From assembly GCF_000020025.1 (NCBI RefSeq), contig NC_010631.1, forward strand, positions 300,001 through 332,000: 32,000 nucleotides of DNA, read 5' to 3'. Under the pieces are notes generated by a model. The model saw only the letters and a list, made by a program, of their open reading frames with translations, had not been told where the DNA came from and did not search any database. The first letter of the stretch is position 1, and each line of letters starts with the position of its first letter. The DNA is from Nostoc punctiforme PCC 73102 (lineage in GTDB: Bacteria; Cyanobacteriota; Cyanobacteriia; Cyanobacteriales; Nostocaceae). Both the position numbers and the translations under genes were made by a program. Positions 1 to 8,128 of the stretch are shown one piece after another.

Positions 1-191
1 TTCAGTTTAGCCATAATAAACCTCCTTATGCTCTGACACTATGGATTCAGTTAGATATTTTAGATATTTGCAATCAGTTATGTTCATCTTTCTTCAATTA
101 TTAAACTTCCTCAACGGATCTATGACAAGCAAATAGGGAGCGATCGCACCAAGCTCACTATCTTCATGCGATCCAAGTTATTCGGAGCTTT

Positions 192-1211
192 TTATTGTGG
201 AATGCGTTCAGCCCCGAACTTGCGCTGATGCCAGTAAGGATAGATTGGCGTGATCGCGCTAGCCTCATTGAGTCGATTGACTTCCTCTAATGTTAGCTCC
301 CACTGAGCAGCACCAAGGTTGTCTCGAAGTTGTTGTTCATTCCGCGCTCCGACAATAACGGATGTAATACCAGACTGACGTAACAGCCAGTTGAGCGCAA
401 CTTGAGCAACACTGACACCACGGTTATTAGCTACTTCGTGCAGAACTTCCACAATGTCGTATCCCTTTTCCAAGTCACTAACAGTGCCAATATCACCGAT
501 CTTTGCTCGTCGCGTCCCCTCCGGTTGGGACTGACCACGACGATACTTACCTGAGAGAAAACCAAAAGCAAGCGGACTCCACACTAAGATACCCACACCT
601 TGATCTAAAGAAAGAGGAATTAGTTCAAATTCCAACTCTCGCGCCACAAGCGAGTAATAAACCTGTTGTGACACATAATGCTCCAAGTTCAAACGCTCTG
701 ATACGGACAGCGCTTTCATTAAATGCCAAGCTGAATAATTAGAGCAGCCAATGTAGCGAACTTTGCCACTATGTACAAGTGAATCTAAAGCGCGAAGTGT
801 TTCTTCTAGTGGAGTCAAAGCATCGAAACCATGAACTTGGTAGAGGTCGATGTAATCTGTGTCTAATCGTCTTAGGCTGTCCTCACAGGCTCGAATCAGA
901 TGATAACGTGATAGTCCGGTATCATTTACTCCTTGTCCCATACGACCATAAGCCTTAGTTGCAATAATTACATCAGAACGACGCTTTCCGAGAGCTTTAC
1001 CAAGAATTTCTTCAGAAAGTCCATTCGAGTAAACATCTGCTGTATCAAAGATGTTGACACCTGCATCAAGGCAAATATCAATCAGATGTTGCGCCTCGTC
1101 TACCTGAGTCGCCCCAATTTCTTGGAAGAAGTCACTACCACCAAAGGTCATTGTACCGAAACTGAGAACCGAAATCTTGAGACCGGACTTTCCTAAAAAT
1201 CGCGTTTCCAT
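192..1211 (-). CDS. aldo/keto reductase family oxidoreductase
   Basis: 339-aa ORF with AKR hallmarks in the translation (FDTADVYSNGLSEEILGKAL, ATKAYG, DLYQVHGFD, IGCSNY, VIVGARNEQQLRDNL). AAGGAG lies 8 nt upstream of the ATG on the minus strand. Confidence 0.9.
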   Translation of the reverse strand: METRFLGKSGLKISVLSFGTMTFGGSDFFQEIGATQVDEAQHLIDICLDAGVNIFDTADVYSNGLSEEILGKALGKRRSDVIIATKAYGRMGQGVNDTGLSRYHLIRACEDSLRRLDTDYIDLYQVHGFDALTPLEETLRALDSLVHSGKVRYIGCSNYSAWHLMKALSVSERLNLEHYVSQQVYYSLVARELEFELIPLSLDQGVGILVWSPLAFGFLSGKYRRGQSQPEGTRRAKIGDIGTVSDLEKGYDIVEVLHEVANNRGVSVAQVALNWLLRQSGITSVIVGARNEQQLRDNLGAAQWELTLEEVNRLNEASAITPIYPYWHQRKFGAERIPQ

Positions 1212-1300
1212 CGCTGTTACTCCTTGAAGCCGTGCCTATTTGCAGCAGATCAAGTGAGCATTTTCTCACGTAATGGTAAATATGAGGCGAAAAGAAAACT

Positions 1301-1578
1301 ATGTCTTCCAATCAGTTCAATAATTCGATGAGAGTAAAAGTTGTCCCACTTAATCCAACGTGGTCAGTGGACTTTGAGGTGGATCAGAGCAAATTGCATT
1401 GGTGATGGGAGAAAATATTATTTCGATTCACCATATTGGTAGTACTGCAATTTTGGGCATTTATGCTAAACCTGTGATTGATTTTTTGATTGAAGTCAAA
1501 GATATTCACAAAACTGATGTACAAAGTGCAGCAATGGCAGCAATAGGGTATGAACGAATGGCACTAAGACTCATGTGA
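1301..1578 (+). pseudogene. GrpB/UPF0157-family remnant (frameshifted and 3'-truncated)
   Basis: Frame 1 (ATG 1301) reads MSSNQFNNSMRVKVVPLNPTWSVDFEVDQSKLHW and stops at 1403-1405. A shifted frame from 1405 reads MGENIISIHHIGSTAILGIYAKPVIDFLIEVKDIHKTDVQSAAMAAIGYERM, which matches the GrpB core motif IxHIGSTxxxGxxAKPxIDxxxxV. It stops at 1576-1578, far short of a full-length GrpB. Confidence 0.55.
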
Positions 1579-1588
1579 AACCTTGTGA

Positions 1589-1685
1589 GGGCAGGGTGTT
1601 GGGTGTTGGGTTCCAGACAATTGAATGCGAGTGCATCAAGTAGTTCAACATCTTCTTAATTCCCTACACCCTACACCCCACACCC
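1589..1685. repeat. inverted blocks of STRR-like heptamer repeats (GGGTGTN)n
   Basis: GGG-CA-GGG-TGTT-GGG-TGTT-GGG lies at 1589-1610 and CCCTACA-CCCTACA-CCCCACA-CCC at 1662-1685. The blocks are in inverted orientation, with 15 of 17 positions complementary between 1594-1610 and 1662-1678. Confidence 0.7.
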
Positions 1686-1859
1686 AAAAGCTAGGAATAC
1701 CAGGGATTTATGCTTTTCTTAGTGCCATTCGGTTGTGTGCTGCTATTACGTCTTTAAGCTTGGATGTAAAATTTGTAAATTTTGTCAAAGTAGATTTTAT
1801 AAATCAAAAACATCCTTCATACTTTAAAACAGTAATCCTACGTAAAAATTGAGGAAGGG

Positions 1860-4040
1860 ATGCCAATGACATCTCTATTACAGCGACTAAGTGCAGAACG
1901 AAATCGCAGATTTGTAGGACGTGGGTGGGAACTGGAGCTATTTCTTGATGCGATCGCCTCAAGAGAATTACCTTTTCACATTTTGCACGTCTTTGGCCCT
2001 GGGGGTGTGGGCAAGACAACCCTCATGCAGCAGTTTTTGCGGTTTTGTGAACAGTCAAAAATATCAACTATCTACGTAGAAGGGCGTAATATAGAAGCTG
2101 CGCCAGAATCTTTTGTTAGCACGTTGCGATCGTTGATGGGATTGAATGAATCAGATTCTCTTTTAGATGTGCTAGCCCAAAAACAAGAACGAAATGTAAT
2201 TTTAATTGATACTTATGAAGCTATTACGCAGCTAGATGAATGGTTGCGAGAAGTATTCTTACCCCATTTGTCTGTTAATACCTTAATTGTAATTGCTGGA
2301 CGCAACCCGCCCTCATCTGGTTGGTGCAGCGATCCAGGTTGGCAAGCTTTGATGCACACTTTGCCCCTACGCAACCTTACCCCAGAAGAAAGTCAAATTT
2401 ATCTCACCACACGAGATATTCCCACCACACAACACCAAGCGATTTTAAATTTTACCCACGGACATCCTCTAGCATTATCTTTGGTTGCTGAGGTATTTGC
2501 TCAGGGAAAAGAAATCTCTTTTCAAGCAGAACCTGCTCCCAATGTTGTTAAAACACTGTTAGAAAGATTCATAAAAGAAGTACCAACGCCCGCGCACCGT
2601 ATGGCTTTAGAAGCTTGTGCGGTGATCCGGCTGACTACCGAGGCCGCACTAGATCAAATATTGACTGTGCATCAAAATAGTTTGGCTATATCGGCTCACT
2701 ATTTAGGAGAAATAGTTGATGTTTATGATTTATTTGAGTGGTTGCGCGGACTGTCGTTTATCGAATCAGGGCAATTGGGTTTATTTCCGCACGATTTAGC
2801 ACGGGAGGTTTTAATTGCTGACTTGCGTTGGCGGAATTCGGAATTTTACAATGAATTACATCACCGAGCACGTCAATACTATACTAAACGGCTAGGACAA
2901 ACCCAAGGGCAAGAAAAGCATCGAGTGCTACTTGATTATATTTTCTTGCATCGGGATAACTCGGCGATTCGATCCTGTTTCACCTGGGGTGAGCAAAGTA
3001 GTTTATTGACGGACTCACTAAGAGAAACTGACAAAACCGCACTGCTGGGGATGGTGGCACAATACGAAGGTGAAGAATCAGCAAAGATAGCAGATCACTG
3101 GTTGAAGCGTCAACCGCAGAATGTAATAGTATTTCGTGACTTGCACTCCAAACCTGCGGGGTTTGCAATCATGGTGGCGTTGCACACAGCAACTGTTGAA
3201 GATTTGAGTGCAGATCCGGGCGCTCTTGCATCTTGGCAATATCTCCAAACCCATGCACCATTGCGCCCTAGTGAAGGCGCAACTATTTTCCGCTTCTGGA
3301 TGGCGCGGGACACTTATCAGGCTGTTTCCCCCACCCAAAGTTTAATTTTCACTAATTTTGTGCAGTATTTTCAGAATACACCGGGGTTAGCATACACCTT
3401 TCTACCTTGTGCCCAAGCAGATAGTTGGACAGCAATGTTAAACTACTTCGACTTAACACGAGTTTCTGAAACTGATTTTACTGTTGGGGGTAAACACTAT
3501 GGTGTTTATGGTCATGACTGGCGAATTGTGTCACCTGCCGCATGGAAGGAAATTTTGGCAAGAAAAGAGGTTACAACTGTCGAAGAATCTGGAGACAATA
3601 CTCCAGTCGGTGAACCTCTATTAGTTCTTAGTCAGCCAGAATTTGTGGAGGCAGTGCAAAATGCGTTACGTAATTTTAGTTGTCCTGATGCATTACAGAA
3701 TAATCCCTTAATACATTCGCGAAGCTTGCATGAAGCGCTTTCTAGTTTAGTTAAAGAACAAGTTGCCACAAAAGCAAATGTGAACGAAAATCCTTTGGAC
3801 ACATTAGGCAAACGCGTTAACGCTTTACAAAATCTGGTGAAACAAGCAGCTGAATATTTACAATCATCCCCGCGTGACGAAAAACTCTACCGCGCTGTTT
3901 ATCGAACTTATTTAAATCCCGCCCCCACGCAAGAACAAGCAGCTGAGTTACTAGATTTGCCTTTCAGTACCTATCGCCGCCATCTAAAAGCTGGGATGAC
4001 CAGAGTTGCAGATATTTTATGGCAAAGAGAAATTAGCTAA
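1860..4040 (+). CDS. STAND-type P-loop NTPase with C-terminal sigma70-region-4/LuxR-like HTH
   Basis: 726-aa ORF. FVGRGWELE is followed by Walker A GPGGVGKTT (aa 46-54), Walker B VILIDTYE (aa ~113-120) and a GxP-like motif THGHPLALSL (aa ~199-208). The C-terminus TQEQAAELLDLPFSTYRRHLKAGMTRVADIL resembles a sigma70 r4 HTH. GAGGAAGGG sits just upstream of the ATG. Confidence 0.75.
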   Translation: MPMTSLLQRLSAERNRRFVGRGWELELFLDAIASRELPFHILHVFGPGGVGKTTLMQQFLRFCEQSKISTIYVEGRNIEAAPESFVSTLRSLMGLNESDSLLDVLAQKQERNVILIDTYEAITQLDEWLREVFLPHLSVNTLIVIAGRNPPSSGWCSDPGWQALMHTLPLRNLTPEESQIYLTTRDIPTTQHQAILNFTHGHPLALSLVAEVFAQGKEISFQAEPAPNVVKTLLERFIKEVPTPAHRMALEACAVIRLTTEAALDQILTVHQNSLAISAHYLGEIVDVYDLFEWLRGLSFIESGQLGLFPHDLAREVLIADLRWRNSEFYNELHHRARQYYTKRLGQTQGQEKHRVLLDYIFLHRDNSAIRSCFTWGEQSSLLTDSLRETDKTALLGMVAQYEGEESAKIADHWLKRQPQNVIVFRDLHSKPAGFAIMVALHTATVEDLSADPGALASWQYLQTHAPLRPSEGATIFRFWMARDTYQAVSPTQSLIFTNFVQYFQNTPGLAYTFLPCAQADSWTAMLNYFDLTRVSETDFTVGGKHYGVYGHDWRIVSPAAWKEILARKEVTTVEESGDNTPVGEPLLVLSQPEFVEAVQNALRNFSCPDALQNNPLIHSRSLHEALSSLVKEQVATKANVNENPLDTLGKRVNALQNLVKQAAEYLQSSPRDEKLYRAVYRTYLNPAPTQEQAAELLDLPFSTYRRHLKAGMTRVADILWQREIS

Positions 4041-4449
4041 TCAGCTAAAATTACAAGTCTTAATGCGAAATGATTTTCGGCAGGGATAATATCAAAGACT
4101 TAGATTGAGCCAAAAAAGTGTTTCAGCCTGTGACAAGCTAAATTCAAAATAGCCTACTATGCACAAAGCAGTTATTAAAGAGATGAAGATAAATCGTTTC
4201 ATATTTGCCTCAAAAACATTTACTGACCAAGTTATCGCATACAGTTAGCAATGAATTAAATAGCCAATAATTATCCTTAGCTATTGCCAGTTTTGGAAGT
4301 TTACAGAAATTCTCGATTGAGTGAGGTACAAGAACCCTACCCGCAAGCGAGGAGAGGGCTAGATGTACATCATGTGATTAAGAAACGCATTAAGTCCTTA
4401 ACGGGCGATCACCCGTTAAGCGATCAATCTAGACTGATTGGTTAAGAAG

Positions 4450-5241
4450 TTAGTTAACAGTTTTTAGATTTCTCAGTTTGCGCTTTAGTATAAAGCTGCT
4501 ACCAAAAATACCAAAGGCTATTGTGCTGGCGATTGAAGAAGGTTCGGGGACATTTACCGGATTGCTACCGAGTGCAATATTACCAGGGCCTGTGATGGTA
4601 TTGGTAAAAGTGCCAAAACTGTTATTGCTATTGTCAAATCCAGTAGTGACTAAAAAATATTGATTATTAGCAGTTAAGCTTAAGCTACTAAAACTAGATG
4701 TGCCTTCATCGGGAAAAGGATCATTTCCGTTGAGTAAATTATCTAGTGGAGTAATTGGATTGAAGCTGTTCTGGTACAAGAACTGGATGCCCAGGAAATT
4801 TTGAGAACCTGCAACATTATAAGAGCCAGTAGTATTAACAGAGAAAGGCTGACTGTAATAAGAAACGGTGGTGCCATTACTAGAAAGTGACGTGGGCGGG
4901 TTAGTACCACCTTCAAACCCTTCCGTTTGAGGACGGTTAAAAGTTGGTGCGTTTGTTGTATCACCCGAATATGAAATAGTGGATGCCTTAGATGGCAGGA
5001 TAACACTTATAGATAGAGCGATGGCTACGCCCGCCGCAGACGCAATAAAAATTGAACATCTTAGCGATTTTTGCCAAAAATTAAATGAATACTGACTCAA
5101 ACTCTGAAGCTTGGGCGTTTGTGAAAATTTAGTAGAGTGATGAAATAGATTGTTTTCTGAGACAATGGATTCTTCAATTGCTTGTGACATATAGTTATTC
5201 AAGGTTTTTTTACAAAACTGAGTGATGTTTGTCTTTCGCAC
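4450..5241 (-). CDS. PEP-CTERM sorting-domain protein
   Basis: The C-terminus reads VPEPSS, then the hydrophobic stretch IASTIAFGIFGSSFIL, then a basic KRKLR tail, which is the classic PEP-CTERM anchor. A signal/anchor-like segment IFIASAAGVAIALSISVIL is present. The true start is uncertain because the N-terminal ~60 aa precede the hydrophobic segment. The gene lies 6 bp downstream of the transporter gene. Confidence 0.7.
   Translation of the reverse strand: MRKTNITQFCKKTLNNYMSQAIEESIVSENNLFHHSTKFSQTPKLQSLSQYSFNFWQKSLRCSIFIASAAGVAIALSISVILPSKASTISYSGDTTNAPTFNRPQTEGFEGGTNPPTSLSSNGTTVSYYSQPFSVNTTGSYNVAGSQNFLGIQFLYQNSFNPITPLDNLLNGNDPFPDEGTSSFSSLSLTANNQYFLVTTGFDNSNNSFGTFTNTITGPGNIALGSNPVNVPEPSSIASTIAFGIFGSSFILKRKLRNLKTVN
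5018..5044 (-). repeat. short dispersed repeat copy (GCGTCTGCGGCGGGCGTAGCCATCGC on the minus strand), inside a CDS
   Basis: Near-identical core CTGCGGCGGGC-N3-GCC-N3-GC is shared with 19038-19067 (+) and 25291-25320 (-). Here it encodes SAAGVAIA of the PEP-CTERM protein. Confidence 0.55.
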
Positions 5242-5247
5242 TTTTAT

Positions 5248-6714
5248 CTAGTTCCAGGGTTGTCCCAGAAAAGCTTGTGTAGTGATACCTAAGCCAATTA
5301 GGGTAATGCATAAGGCACTTGCTACAGGTAACATCTTTATCCTGGGTATTTGAAATGGCAAATGCTCAAATCGATCTTTGGCGTAGACCAGTATTAAGCC
5401 AATTCCAGTTAGCACTGCTGCTAGACCTAAGCTAAAGGCAGATACTAAGGCTAATCCAAAGCCAATTCGCCCCATTGCGATCGCACTTAGCAATACTACT
5501 AAGGCTGAAGGACAAGGTAACAAGCCACCCGATATTCCCAGCGCCAGTAGGCTAGACCACTTCATGGAAATTAGATCGCTGTGAGGCGGTAGATGCTCAT
5601 GGTGATGATGGTGATGACTGTGTTGGTGAGTATGTACATGGTTTTCATGCTCATGGTCGTGTGAATGACCTTGTACTCGACTAATGAACAAATTTAAACC
5701 AATTCCAATTACTACCAGACCAGAGATTACACTTAGCCAAGGGTATAATTGTTCAGTCAGCACAAATTGAGACGTGCCAAGTGTTACCAGCCCTAAAACA
5801 AATATGCTAGCTGTATGAGTAACCGTCACAGTCAACCCCAGGAATAGTGCGTGTTGGGGCTTGCTACGGGAACCCACCAAATAAGCGCCAACTATCGTTT
5901 TTCCATGACCAGGGGACAGGGCGTGTAAACCACCCCATAAAAAGGCGATCGCTAGAGCAATTAAGATAGTAAAGAAATTATGATTTTCCTGAGTAATTAA
6001 GCTGGTGAAAACATCATTGCTTCTTCCTGTCAAAGCATTATCTAAGCGACTGGATGATTTAACAAGCAGTGGAGGCGCTTGTTCACTTGATGTCAGAGAC
6101 AGATTGAGGTTAAAAGAGATCCGACGCTGGTCGAGAGGACTGCTAAGTAACTCATTCGGGTAATCTCTCAAACGGTTGGTGATACTCGAAGAAGTGAAAT
6201 CACCTTGAATAGGAACACCATTTGCAGCAACAGTAATTTCACGCCAGCCCAAGCGCTGTGGATAAAACTTATCTTCAAATGTTAACTGATTCGCGTTTAC
6301 TAACGCCCTTGCCCCTTGAAAGTTACAACTCAGCCGCAGTGTAGATAATCCTCCTACACCTGGAGGGAATTCAACTGTTGATTTTATTAAAGACAGTGCT
6401 AAAGGCTGTTTATCGATCAACAATTCTAGGTGTGAGTTGACTTGCTGACATTTCTGAGCGGGGTATTGAACCGTTTCTACAGGTTCAGCTTTGCGATCCC
6501 GATTAGTATCTAAGTGATTAATCTCCTGAAAAGCCGGAATCTCTGCCATGTCTAGAACATAATCAATCCCCACACCATCGGTTGCTACCTGCACTCCTGC
6601 GTAGTGATTGATCGTAAAATTGCCTAAAGGATGGGCATCCGCCTTCGGCATCCAAAATAAACATATTGCGATGATTGCGGTATTCCAGGCCAAGTAATGT
6701 AGCAGCTTTTTCAT
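5248..6714 (-). CDS. NicO/RcnA-like nickel/cobalt transporter with N-terminal periplasmic domain and His-rich loop
   Basis: 488 aa with a signal peptide (MKKLLHYLAWNTAIIAICLFWMPKADA) and a ~230-aa soluble domain. A multi-TM region follows, carrying HALSPGHGKT and the loop GHSHDHEHENHVHTHQHSHHHHHHEH. The start overlaps the upstream stop in an ATGA (6711-6714). Confidence 0.8.
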   Translation of the reverse strand: MKKLLHYLAWNTAIIAICLFWMPKADAHPLGNFTINHYAGVQVATDGVGIDYVLDMAEIPAFQEINHLDTNRDRKAEPVETVQYPAQKCQQVNSHLELLIDKQPLALSLIKSTVEFPPGVGGLSTLRLSCNFQGARALVNANQLTFEDKFYPQRLGWREITVAANGVPIQGDFTSSSITNRLRDYPNELLSSPLDQRRISFNLNLSLTSSEQAPPLLVKSSSRLDNALTGRSNDVFTSLITQENHNFFTILIALAIAFLWGGLHALSPGHGKTIVGAYLVGSRSKPQHALFLGLTVTVTHTASIFVLGLVTLGTSQFVLTEQLYPWLSVISGLVVIGIGLNLFISRVQGHSHDHEHENHVHTHQHSHHHHHHEHLPPHSDLISMKWSSLLALGISGGLLPCPSALVVLLSAIAMGRIGFGLALVSAFSLGLAAVLTGIGLILVYAKDRFEHLPFQIPRIKMLPVASALCITLIGLGITTQAFLGQPWN

Positions 6715-8123
6715 AAAGAACTCCCTATAGCATTAGCAGTGGGAAAAGAGACAGAGGATACTAAGTTAGCCAAGACTTGACGAGCTTCATCAGCATACTT
6801 GTGATGAAATTGAGGATTGAGGCTAATAGCTTGAGTTAATCGCTTTATTGCTTCTTCACGCTTACCTAAGTGAAACGCAATCATGCCAGCATGAAATTGC
6901 AGCAAGGCATCCTCTGTTCCAAAACGAGTTGCCCGTTGTGCTGCCTTTTGCGCTTCTTCCCATTGCCCATTAGCCGCAGCTGCCCAAGCCAAGGTATCCT
7001 CTGCGTATACATCGTCTCGCACTGCTACTTCATTACGCGCAATTTGTAGCGCCTCTGGTAGATGGATTCCATGTTCGGTATAGTATATTGCCAAAACGCG
7101 ATCGTAGATTCCTTTAACCTTGCTCAGGTAAGCTACTAACCCAATTAAATCTTCAGTTTCGGCTGCACCTTTTTGGTCTCCCAAAGCTAGTTGAGCATCA
7201 GCCTTATACCCCAACGTTTCTACCAACGGCATCAGTTCTATACCTTGGTTTGCAATATTTAGAACATCCTGCCAGCGATGCTGTGCCGCATAGAGGCGGG
7301 CCAGCCCTGTAAACGCAGCTATATGCCGGGGAAAGAGGTCAAAGCTCTCCTGATATCGCTGCTCAGACAGGGCAAAATCTCCGGCTGCAAAAGCAAGATC
7401 CCCAGTCCGTACATGAAACCAAGCACGAGTTTCTGCGCTTGTGGTGTAGAAAGAGTCCATCTCCTGCATAGCCTCATCTAGCAGTTGCCGCGCTGAGGCT
7501 AGATTGCCAGTTAACTCTAAATAACGGGCGACAACTGCATTATGACCAGAGTTAGATTCTCCCTCAGCAAGGCTCTGCAAAAGTTGATGAGTTGTTTCAT
7601 AGTCGCCCAACTCCATCTGAATCGATGCCAAGAGTGAGACAATATTGGGATTATCAACAGGTGAATTATTTAATACTTCTAAAGCTGATCGAAACTGGTG
7701 TTGAGATAGTAAAGCTGATGCTAGCAGCATAGAGGAAACTTCATTATGGCGCGGCTGTAGTGCTAGGGATCTACGTGCTGCTTGTTCTGCTCGTAACACA
7801 TCATCTGTATCTGCCAGTTCTCGAAAACGCCTCAAATATTGATCGGCTAACAGACGTAAAAATATTGAGGAATCGGGAGATTGGGCAACTTTCTCCTCAT
7901 AGACGCTGATAATATGCGATCGCTGTAAATAATCGGGGAAGACTAAATCTGACGGCTTTTCTGGTAATATCTGCCTAGAATTAACAGTCAGCAGTTGCAC
8001 GGTAGAGGAATATGTGTCTAACTTACCATTGGTGTAGGCTAAACTTAGCGCTTGTGTATCAGAGGGTCTTAGTAAAACCAGTAGGCTAGTCAGCACTAAC
8101 ACCCATAGTATTCTTAGATGCAT
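6711..8123 (-). CDS. secreted tetratricopeptide-repeat (TPR) protein
   Basis: 470 aa with an N-terminal signal peptide (LVLTSLLVLLRPSDTQA). TPR-like helical units recur along the protein (e.g. ARRSLALQPRHNE, FDLFPRHIAAFTGLARLYAAQHRW, AIKRLTQAISLNPQFH). Confidence 0.8.
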   Translation of the reverse strand: MHLRILWVLVLTSLLVLLRPSDTQALSLAYTNGKLDTYSSTVQLLTVNSRQILPEKPSDLVFPDYLQRSHIISVYEEKVAQSPDSSIFLRLLADQYLRRFRELADTDDVLRAEQAARRSLALQPRHNEVSSMLLASALLSQHQFRSALEVLNNSPVDNPNIVSLLASIQMELGDYETTHQLLQSLAEGESNSGHNAVVARYLELTGNLASARQLLDEAMQEMDSFYTTSAETRAWFHVRTGDLAFAAGDFALSEQRYQESFDLFPRHIAAFTGLARLYAAQHRWQDVLNIANQGIELMPLVETLGYKADAQLALGDQKGAAETEDLIGLVAYLSKVKGIYDRVLAIYYTEHGIHLPEALQIARNEVAVRDDVYAEDTLAWAAAANGQWEEAQKAAQRATRFGTEDALLQFHAGMIAFHLGKREEAIKRLTQAISLNPQFHHKYADEARQVLANLVSSVSFPTANAIGSSL

Positions 8124-8128
8124 AAACC

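Noticed and set aside
503-1196. Plus-strand ORFs 503-742 and 933-1196
   Set aside because: They lie entirely antisense within the well-supported aldo/keto reductase gene. Their translations are low-complexity and unlike any family, so they are shadow ORFs.
1625-2019. ORFs 1625-1852 (+) and 1804-2019 (-)
   Set aside because: The first runs through the heptamer-repeat/intergenic region without start signals. The second is antisense to the 5' end of the STAND gene. Neither has recognisable content.
2980-3338. Three minus-strand ORFs inside the STAND-HTH gene
   Set aside because: They are antisense shadows of a long, motif-supported CDS.
4478-5006. ORFs 4478-4663 (+) and 4743-5006 (-, alternative frame)
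   Set aside because: They overlap the PEP-CTERM gene, whose frame is validated by the C-terminal sorting motif.
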